Shown: positions 1 through 6,947 of the stretch, one piece after another | How the letters are laid out: every line of letters starts with the position of its first letter | Numbering within the stretch: position 1 is the stretch's first letter | IMG/VR virus record: IMGVR_UViG_2698536506_000012 | Length of the DNA: 23,101 nt | Source of the DNA: a virus | Taxonomy: Duplodnaviria; Heunggongvirae; Uroviricota; Caudoviricetes | Reading direction: 5' to 3' (one strand) | Translations under genes and position numbers: made by a program | Notes under the pieces: generated by a model | What the model saw: the letters and a program-made list of their open reading frames with translations, nothing else | Told to the model about the DNA's origin: nothing | Databases searched by the model: none

Positions 1-483
1 ATGACGAAGAAAAAAGCACATAAACCTGGTTCAGCGACCATCGCGCTTAACAAGCGCGCCCGTCACGAATACTTTATCGAAGAAGAGTTCGAAGCGGGAC
101 TTGCCCTGCAAGGCTGGGAAGTTAAATCCCTGCGCGCAGGAAAAGCCAATATCAGCGACAGCTACGTCCTTCTGCGTGACGGAGAGGCATTTCTGTTTGG
201 CGCTAACATCACGCCAATGGCCGTGGCCTCCACGCATGTGGTGTGCGATCCTACCCGTACCCGCAAGTTACTTCTCAACCAGCGCGAACTGGACTCATTG
301 TACGGTCGCGTCAATCGAGAAGGCTATACCGTAGTGGCGCTCTCCCTGTACTGGAAAAATGCCTGGTGCAAAGTGAAAATCGGCGTCGCCAAAGGTAAGA
401 AACAGCACGATAAACGTTCAGATATCAAAGAGCGCGAATGGCAGGTGGATAAAGCACGTATCATGAAAAACGCCCACCGTTAA
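1..483 (+). CDS. smpB: SsrA-binding protein SmpB, complete (160 aa)
   Basis: ATG at 1-3 and stop at 481-483. The translation ([25 protein letters not shown]...[10 protein letters not shown]) matches enterobacterial SmpB as I recall it, and the gene sits immediately upstream of ssrA as in E. coli. Confidence 0.96.
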
Positions 484-677
484 ACCTGCACTCCAATTAT
501 TGACCAGTTCCTCACCGCGCCTCCCTCTCCGGCGGCGCGAATGAACATCTTATTGGCTATCACATCCGACACAAATGTTGCCATCCCATTGCTTAATCGA
601 ATAAAAATCAGGCTACATGGGTGCTAAATCTTTAACGATAACGCCATTGAGGCTGGTCATGGCGCTCATAAATCTGG

Positions 678-683
678 TATACT
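678..683 (+). promoter_or_regulatory. Candidate -10 hexamer (TATACT) of the ssrA promoter
   Basis: TATACT lies about 15 nt upstream of the mature tmRNA 5' end, consistent with a short 5' leader removed by processing. I could not find a convincing -35 element at 17 bp spacing. Confidence 0.3.
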
Positions 684-697
684 TACCTTTACACATT

Positions 698-1060
698 GGG
701 GCTGATTCTGGATTCGACGGGATTTGCGAAACCCAAGGTGCATGCCGAGGGGCGGTTGGCCTCGTAAAAAGCCGCAAAAAATAGTCGCAAACGACGAAAA
801 CTACGCTTTAGCAGCTTAATAACCTGCTTAGAGCCCTCTCTCCCTAGCCTCCGCTCTTAGGACGGGGATCAAGAGAGGTCAAACCCAAAAGAGATCGCGT
901 GGAAGCCCTGCCTGGGGTTGAAGCGTTAAAACTTAATCAGGCTAGTTTGTTAGTGGCGTGTCCGTCCGCAGCTGGCAAGCGAATGTAAAGACTGACTAAG
1001 CATGTAGTACCGAGGATGTAGGAATTTCGGACGCGGGTTCAACTCCCGCCAGCTCCACCA
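698..1060 (+). ncRNA. ssrA: tmRNA (SsrA, 10Sa RNA), mature 363 nt
   Basis: Starts GGGGCTGATTCTGGATTCGACGGG and ends GGTTCAACTCCCGCCAGCTCCACCA, giving the tRNA-like acceptor/T-arm with encoded CCA. It contains the internal tag reading frame. Confidence 0.95.
787..819 (+). other. tmRNA tag-peptide reading frame (ANDENYALAA, stop)
   Basis: GCA AAC GAC GAA AAC TAC GCT TTA GCA GCT TAA read directly from the sequence; this is the canonical E. coli degradation tag. Confidence 0.9.
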
Positions 1061-1178
1061 CTTTTGATAGGACCACAACCGGACAGAGACTATAAAAACA
1101 GTCACTTACGGACACTGACCAGACAGCGTTCTGACCAGAAAAAGACAAAAATATACACACAGAATGCACGTGCATTTC

Positions 1179-1216
1179 AAAAAAGCCTCTGATTATGAAG
1201 TCAGAGGCTTTTCTGT
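1179..1216. terminator. Bidirectional rho-independent terminator between ssrA and the prophage late operon
   Basis: Stem GCCTCTGA (1185-1192), loop TTATGAAG, stem TCAGAGGC (1201-1208). An A-run lies 5' and TTTTCTGTTT 3' on the + strand, so both strands read hairpin followed by U-tract. Confidence 0.65.
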
Positions 1217-1259
1217 TTGTAACTAAGGGTAACAATTCAGCATGATGCATACTTACCAA

Positions 1260-1823
1260 TTACGTAACGTCAAACGCTCGAACTGAAGCCAAATCCTCCA
1301 GATTATTCAGTTCTTCCTTCATCTCTCGCTGACGGAAATAAATTTCATCATTGCGATCAACCTGCGCATGAAGCATTGCCGTAAGTAGTTCATCCAGTTG
1401 TTGCATTGACAACTTTACCTGCTGATTAACAGCATCACCCCACGTCATGACGTCCCGTGCTGTGTCGGATTTCGATGCCATCACCACCGGATAAAGACGG
1501 GCCATCGAATCCGGTCCCCCATTCCAGCTATGGCCGTTCCATTCAAAAATGAATGGCTGCGCTTCCTGTTCTGTACGCCATGCTTCAATTTCCCGGCGTT
1601 TGGCTGCTTTTGCTGCTTCCAGCATCTCTGACGTGACGGTGAACGGCGTTATTTCTCCCCATCTCCCGCTTTGCAGCTCCTGCCAGACTCGCTGCCCTGT
1701 CTCTGCTGTATCCGTGGCAGTTGCCGTATACGGAACCGGTTCATCCATGCCATCAAACAACACCCCACAGTCAATCGCGCCATTTTCAAGATAACGCGCA
1801 TTTTCGATGCGTTTTATTTCCAT
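1260..1823 (-). CDS. Tail fibre assembly/chaperone protein, DUF4376-like (about 187 aa)
   Basis: ATG at 1823 with AGGTG 5 nt upstream; stop TAA at 1262-1260. The C-terminal half (EMLEAAKAAKRREIEAWRTEQE...WGDAVNQQVKLSMQQLDELLTAMLHAQ) follows the pattern I recall for DUF4376 fibre chaperones, and it lies immediately 3' of a fibre gene. The ORF-track start at 1856 overlaps the upstream gene and is less likely. Confidence 0.7.
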   Translation of the reverse strand: MEIKRIENARYLENGAIDCGVLFDGMDEPVPYTATATDTAETGQRVWQELQSGRWGEITPFTVTSEMLEAAKAAKRREIEAWRTEQEAQPFIFEWNGHSWNGGPDSMARLYPVVMASKSDTARDVMTWGDAVNQQVKLSMQQLDELLTAMLHAQVDRNDEIYFRQREMKEELNNLEDLASVRAFDVT

Positions 1824-1830
1824 AAAACAC

Positions 1831-3255
1831 CTACGCAATACGTATGAACAAACCAATCATGACACTGGCTGACCCGGCAGACCCGAGCCCATCGCCTGAC
1901 AGTGCCCGATACGACCCCGGCATACCACCACCAGAACCCCGCACATATACGGAAACGCTGTCGTTATATCCAACCCCGCTACCGGTCGTGCCGTGACACA
2001 TAAATTCAACCGCGCTCAGGCGTGAACCCGGATAGCTGTAACCGCGTTTTATCCGGCGGTCGGTGTCTGCGTCTCCCTTACCGTTATAAGCCGCCAGTAC
2101 AAGGCTGCCTGCACCGTACCAGCCGTCCGTGGTACCGGGAGCAATACCGGACAGAAGATAGATAATGTCCTGTGAGGTAATCTTCAGATTTTCCCAGCCA
2201 GTCAGATAACCATTACCTGTTGTCCAGTAGCGGTTGTAATAAACATCGCCATTAATACCGTAGAAAATAATGGCCTTTGCTGTATATCGCGGCTCCGGTG
2301 GATTATTGCGTGCCTCAACCCACCGGATGCGGACCATCCCGTTAAACAACACACCTCCGGATATGATTTTACTGTCACCCTCAACAAAATATTCACCCGG
2401 CGTCGCATTCCTTACCCAGGACAGAAAATCATCCTCTGTGTTAAAACGGATACGCTCTGCGGGCAAAAAAATATGCCCAAAACCAAATGCACCGGGTGTC
2501 GCCAGACGGCCTTCAGTCCGGTCACGAATGTCGCTCTGTGGCGTCATTGTGGCTGCGCTTTTCAGTCCAAGATTATCACGGGATTCCTGCTGAGCCTCTT
2601 CACCTTCATCAGCCAGCTCTGATAAACGATTCGCCGTTTTCAGTGTCGCAGATAACGCAGTATCAATATCCTCCCTGACATGCTCTGCATCAGATGCGGC
2701 CTTTTTCGCGGCTTCAGCATCCTGCCTGACCTCTGCGGCGGTATCCTCAACCTGTGAGACCAGAGTTTCGGCCTGTTGTTTACCCTCCGCAACCGCGTCG
2801 GCGTTCTGCTGAACACCTTCCACCAGTTTTTTTACATCTTCTTTTGCCCGGGCGGCAGCGTCTGCATGTTGCCCTGCCTGTCGTTCGCTTTCTGTTGCAG
2901 TTTCCGCGCTCTGCTGCGCCTGCGCCACCATTTCCTCAAATCGTTTGACGACATCCGGCTTCAGGTCACCTTCATCGATGGCTGTCAGAAAATCATTCAG
3001 CGTGCCGGGCTTTGAATCGTGGTAAACCGAAATATCACCGACACAGTATTCCCTTTCAATACACGACCGAAGATAAACTTCATATTTTCCGGTCTGAGCT
3101 TCAAAAGCATATTCTCCTGCCGGACCTGTCACCACTGTAGCCACCGTTCTCATGACCACTGCGGATGTATTCTGTCGGGCTTTCAGAAGAATATGATGAC
3201 CGGACATAGGACGGCCAGCGCCATCAGCAAGAATCCCTGAGATGAGTGTGGACAT
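1831..3255 (-). CDS. Second side tail fibre protein (about 474 aa) with a Stf-like N-terminal anchor domain
   Basis: ATG at 3255; the ORF-track start at 3324 is a TTG. The N-terminus (MSTLISGILADGAGRPMSGHHILLKARQNTS...[12 protein letters not shown]...) aligns by eye with the Stf N-terminus in this window ([31 protein letters not shown]...[12 protein letters not shown]). It continues into a charged, probably coiled region and a distinct Gly/Tyr-rich C-terminal domain. Confidence 0.8.
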   Translation of the reverse strand: MSTLISGILADGAGRPMSGHHILLKARQNTSAVVMRTVATVVTGPAGEYAFEAQTGKYEVYLRSCIEREYCVGDISVYHDSKPGTLNDFLTAIDEGDLKPDVVKRFEEMVAQAQQSAETATESERQAGQHADAAARAKEDVKKLVEGVQQNADAVAEGKQQAETLVSQVEDTAAEVRQDAEAAKKAASDAEHVREDIDTALSATLKTANRLSELADEGEEAQQESRDNLGLKSAATMTPQSDIRDRTEGRLATPGAFGFGHIFLPAERIRFNTEDDFLSWVRNATPGEYFVEGDSKIISGGVLFNGMVRIRWVEARNNPPEPRYTAKAIIFYGINGDVYYNRYWTTGNGYLTGWENLKITSQDIIYLLSGIAPGTTDGWYGAGSLVLAAYNGKGDADTDRRIKRGYSYPGSRLSAVEFMCHGTTGSGVGYNDSVSVYVRGSGGGMPGSYRALSGDGLGSAGSASVMIGLFIRIA

Positions 3256-3295
3256 AAATTTTTCCCCAAAAAAGCCAGCTTTCGCCGGCAATGCT

Positions 3296-3877
3296 TTAAC
3301 TGACAGGTTGCTGCGGCCACTCAATTTCCGGCGCTAAAGATGTATCAACCCGGTTCAACAACACCCGATACTTCTTCCAGGCCGCCAGCAACGAGGTTTC
3401 TTCCTCCGTTGCAATTTCCAGATCTGCAGCATCCTGAAGCGGTGAAATATGCTCACTGGCTACCTGCATCAGGCTGTTTTTTGTTTCTTCCGCCTCCCGG
3501 ATCCGGAACAGTTTTTCTGCTTCCGTATCCTTCACCCAGGCTGTGCCGTTCCACTTCTGATATTCCCCTCCCGGCGATAACCAGGTAACATTTTCCGGTA
3601 ACGGACCAGGTTCAGAAATAAATAATGCATCCCCTGATGCCACGTCATAGACGGTTTTACCCCGATGGTCTTCAACGAGATGCCACGATGCCTCATCACT
3701 GTTGAAAACAGCCACGAAGCCAGCCGGAATATCTGGCGGTGCAATATCGGTACTGTTTGCTGGCAGACCTGTATGAGGTGGAATGTATGCATCACCTTCA
3801 CCAATAAATTCATTGGTTCCGGCCAGCAGATTATAAATTTTTATGGTCCGTGGTAGTTCACTCATTCTGAATGCCAT
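3296..3877 (-). CDS. tfa: Tail fibre assembly protein Tfa (193 aa)
   Basis: [54 protein letters not shown]... closely matches lambda Tfa as I recall it. ATG at 3877 overlaps the stf stop (TAATG). Confidence 0.93.
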   Translation of the reverse strand: MAFRMSELPRTIKIYNLLAGTNEFIGEGDAYIPPHTGLPANSTDIAPPDIPAGFVAVFNSDEASWHLVEDHRGKTVYDVASGDALFISEPGPLPENVTWLSPGGEYQKWNGTAWVKDTEAEKLFRIREAEETKNSLMQVASEHISPLQDAADLEIATEEETSLLAAWKKYRVLLNRVDTSLAPEIEWPQQPVS

Positions 3878-6201
3878 TATGCAAGCCTCACAATATAGTT
3901 AAATGCGATGTTTTTAACGGTGTTTTCCGCGTTACCCGCAGCGTCAACAGTAATGGTATGTCCGTGTGAACCAATACTGAAAGAATGGGCATGAGCACCG
4001 ATAACAACCGGATGCTGGTGCGCACCAATACCAACTGTATGCGCATGTGCACCGGCACTCACGGCTGTACCGGACAATGAGTGACTGTGGTTGCCCTGGC
4101 TGTCCGTTTTCGATAAATAAGCAATACCCTGTGTGTTGGTTCCTTTAACTGTGGATAAACTTCCTGTAATGGTTGCTGTTCCATACTGACTCCAGCCAGA
4201 ACTGTTCATCCTTAAACCACTTGTGTGGGCATGAGCACCCGCGGCCCCTGTTGAACCGCTCAGACTGTGAGCATGAGCCCCCGTGTTATTCGTCGATTTG
4301 GTGCCGTAATCGAAACTGCCTGTTGTTTTCGTCCCGTAATCAAACGACGATGTGGTTTTCGTCCCCAAATCCGTACCGGATGCACTGGCACTGTGGGTGT
4401 GCGACTTAATTCCATCCTGTTCCTGAGACAATACAGCACGACCGCTGGCGGGTTTCCCCTTGATTGTCCAGCCTCGCATATCAGGAAGCACACCCGATGG
4501 ATACGCGACAGCAAGTTTTGGGTAGGCTGATTTGTCAAACGCCTGCCCCTGCATCAGGACGTAGCCAGACGGAACGATATCTGATGGCCACGGGATCGGC
4601 GCACCTGCCGGAAAGGCCGAATTCTCTCCGGCCCCAAGGTATTCAAGAACATCTGCAACGGAATTTTTTGCCAGAATATCCCTGCCAACCTGAGTCAGTT
4701 CAGTCAGGCTGGCGGCATCATTTTCCGTAAAATACGGTAATTTATTTTTCGCCGTGGAAAGCCCTGCCAGCGCCGTCAGTGTCGCATTCTTCGGTTGTTT
4801 ACCCGCAAGCGCGTTAGTCATGGTGGTAGCAAAATCTGGATCATTCCCGAGCGCTGCGGCCAGTTCATTCAGCGTATTCAGTGCGTCAGGTGACGCGTCG
4901 ATAACATCTGCAATCGCGGCCAGTACAAAATCGGTGTTCGCAATCTGGGTATTGTTTGTTCCCCTGAGCGCGGTTGGTGCTGTTGGCGTTCCGGTCAGTG
5001 CCGGACTGTCCAGTGGGGCTTTTCTGTTCGTTTCATCCATTACCACCTTAACCGCCTTTGGCGTTGCAGCAAGCGTTTCAGACGTGCTGTTGGTTGCACT
5101 GCTGAGCTGCACTATCCCCTTTCTCGTTGTGTCCGCATCCTCAAGCGCGACAGCTGAAGCTATATCTTCTGCACGTTTTGCCGAATTTTCTGCACGTATT
5201 GCCGCCGCTTCTGCCGCACTTTTGCTCTGCGATGCTGATACCGCACTTCCCGCAGCCTCTGTCGCCTTCGTGGATGCCGTTGACGCACTCCCCGCCGCCG
5301 CTGTTTTTGCGTCTGCCGCGGCAGAAGCGCTCCGTTCCGCTGCTGTTTCAGATGACCTGGCATTCGTCTCGGACGTTTTTGCCGCCCTGGCAGAATTTTC
5401 TGCCGCCGTTGCCGAGGAAGCTGCACGACCGGCACTTGATGATGCGTTCGTTTCTGATGATTTTGCTGCCTCTTTTGAGGCCACCGCATCTCGTGCTGAA
5501 GTGGCGGCCTCTGACGCTTTCGTGGTCGCGGTGGAGGCAGACGTGGCGGCTGATTGTTGTGACGCTGCAGCATTCGTTTCTGACGTTTTCGCCGCACCGG
5601 CACTGGTGGCCGCCGCGTTTTTTGAGGACTCTGCGGCTGCGGCACTTTTTTCCGCTTCAGTGGCCTTTGCTGATGCCGCTTCTGCGCCGGAGGACGCTTC
5701 CTGAGCTGACGATGCAGCCTGTCCGGCGGACGTGCTGGCGGCGCGTGCTGAGTCAGTTGCATCAGTCACAAGGGCCGCGACCTGAGCAGCTGATGCACTG
5801 GCATCGCCGGCTGATTTCTTCGCGTCTGCCGTACTCTGTGCCACCACGGACGCGTTACGCGCCACCTCTTCCACCATCAGTTCAAGACGGCGCAGCACCT
5901 CCGGCCGGGCATCATCCTCCGTCATGGCACAGAGAAAATCATTCAGTGTCCCCGGTTGTGAATCTTCATACACGGTGATGGTCCCGGCGTGCGATGGTGG
6001 AAAACCGTCAACCTGCAGGATGACACTGTACTGACCGTACTCCACATCCATGCTGTAACGCCCGGCTTCATCCGGATTCTCTGAGCCCACCGTGTTCACC
6101 ACCACCGTGGTGCTGTTACGTCTGGCTTTCAGCTGAATGGTGCAGTTCTGTACCGGTTTTCCTGTGCCGTCTTTCAGGACTCCTGAAATCTTTACTGCCA
6201 T
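3877..6201 (-). CDS. stf: Side tail fibre protein Stf, full length (774 aa)
   Basis: ATG at 6201; the ORF-track start at 6207 is a GTG two codons upstream. The N-terminus [26 protein letters not shown] matches lambda Stf. It has a long Ala/Ser/Thr-rich shaft and a C-terminal region with repeated GAHAHS, GNHSHS and GSHGHT (HxH) motifs. Confidence 0.93.
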   Translation of the reverse strand: MAVKISGVLKDGTGKPVQNCTIQLKARRNSTTVVVNTVGSENPDEAGRYSMDVEYGQYSVILQVDGFPPSHAGTITVYEDSQPGTLNDFLCAMTEDDARPEVLRRLELMVEEVARNASVVAQSTADAKKSAGDASASAAQVAALVTDATDSARAASTSAGQAASSAQEASSGAEAASAKATEAEKSAAAAESSKNAAATSAGAAKTSETNAAASQQSAATSASTATTKASEAATSARDAVASKEAAKSSETNASSSAGRAASSATAAENSARAAKTSETNARSSETAAERSASAAADAKTAAAGSASTASTKATEAAGSAVSASQSKSAAEAAAIRAENSAKRAEDIASAVALEDADTTRKGIVQLSSATNSTSETLAATPKAVKVVMDETNRKAPLDSPALTGTPTAPTALRGTNNTQIANTDFVLAAIADVIDASPDALNTLNELAAALGNDPDFATTMTNALAGKQPKNATLTALAGLSTAKNKLPYFTENDAASLTELTQVGRDILAKNSVADVLEYLGAGENSAFPAGAPIPWPSDIVPSGYVLMQGQAFDKSAYPKLAVAYPSGVLPDMRGWTIKGKPASGRAVLSQEQDGIKSHTHSASASGTDLGTKTTSSFDYGTKTTGSFDYGTKSTNNTGAHAHSLSGSTGAAGAHAHTSGLRMNSSGWSQYGTATITGSLSTVKGTNTQGIAYLSKTDSQGNHSHSLSGTAVSAGAHAHTVGIGAHQHPVVIGAHAHSFSIGSHGHTITVDAAGNAENTVKNIAFNYIVRLA

Positions 6202-6212
6202 ATTCACCCCAC

Positions 6213-6238
6213 AAAAAAGCCCACCGGTTCCGGCGGGC
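6213..6238 (-). terminator. Rho-independent terminator downstream of lom
   Basis: On the - strand: AGCCCGCCGG-AA-CCGGTGGGCT (one mismatch) followed by TTTTTT. It sits between the lom stop (6266) and the stf start (6201). Confidence 0.6.
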
Positions 6239-6265
6239 TGTCATAACACTGTGTTACCTGGCTAA

Positions 6266-6886
6266 TCAGAATTTATAACCGACCCCAACGATGAATCCGT
6301 CAGTACGCCAGTCGCCACTGCCGGAGCCTTCATAAGCAATATCAACAACGACGGACGCTGCCGGATTAATCTGTATACCTGCACTCCACGCCACTGAGGT
6401 ATGCCGCATTGCTCTTTCGTCCCTGGCGGTGGTCGTCTCTTTCATATACCCGGGAGTGATTTCCGTCTTACGGTAATCCCTTGTACTGCCGGACCACCGA
6501 CTGTGAGCCACTCCGGCCATGGCGTACGCACTGACCTGCTTACTGATTTGTAAAACCGGTCCGGCCATCACGCTCACATAACGTCCACGCAGGCTCTCAT
6601 AGTGAAACGTATCCTCCCCGGTCATCACTGTGCTGCTCTTTTTCGACGCGGCGAACCCCAGGGAAGCCATCACCCCCACACTGTCCGTCAGTTCATAACG
6701 GTACTTCACGTTAATCCCTTTCAGATGACTCACACCGGTATCCCCGCCCGACAACGACGGCAATGTACCCGGTTTCACCTGAAAATAGCCCACCGTAAAC
6801 GTACCATGTCCACCTTCCGCACGGGCCGGAGTGACTGTCACCGCAAGTGCGGCAAAGACAGCAACGGCAATACACACATTACGCAT
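6266..6886 (-). CDS. lom: Outer membrane protein Lom (Ail/Lom family, 206 aa)
   Basis: ATG at 6886 with a GAGGTGA ribosome-binding site. It has an N-terminal signal peptide (MRNVCIAVAVFAALAVTVTPARA) and a beta-barrel-like alternating sequence ending ...GFIVGVGYKF. Size and position between J and stf are as in lambda. Confidence 0.92.
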   Translation of the reverse strand: MRNVCIAVAVFAALAVTVTPARAEGGHGTFTVGYFQVKPGTLPSLSGGDTGVSHLKGINVKYRYELTDSVGVMASLGFAASKKSSTVMTGEDTFHYESLRGRYVSVMAGPVLQISKQVSAYAMAGVAHSRWSGSTRDYRKTEITPGYMKETTTARDERAMRHTSVAWSAGIQINPAASVVVDIAYEGSGSGDWRTDGFIVGVGYKF

Positions 6887-6911
6887 CGTTCACCTCTCAC
6901 TGTTTTATAAT

Positions 6912-6931
6912 AAAACGCCCGTTCCCGGACG
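6912..6931 (-). terminator. Weak hairpin plus U-tract (possible attenuator) between J and lom
   Basis: On the - strand: CGTCCG-GGAA-CGGGCG (6-bp stem with one G-U pair) followed by TTTTATTAT. Confidence 0.35.
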
Positions 6932-6947
6932 AACCTCTGTAACACAC

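Noticed and set aside
996-1259. 87-codon ORF on the - strand overlapping the 3' end of ssrA and the junction
   Set aside because: It overlaps the tmRNA gene and a terminator, has no ribosome-binding site, and its translation has no recognisable features.
4754-5978. Long + strand ORFs (316 and 283 codons) and an alternate-frame - strand ORF (5160-5762) inside stf
   Set aside because: They fall in the Ala/Ser/Thr-rich repetitive shaft region of stf, where low-complexity sequence keeps all frames open. Their translations are poly-Ala/Ser or Arg/Pro-rich and not protein-like.
6887-6947. Possible sigma70 promoter for lom (TTACAG ... TATTAT) in the J-lom spacer
   Set aside because: The spacing between the candidate -35 and -10 is about 23-24 bp, which is too long. 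The region is better described as a weak hairpin plus U-tract.
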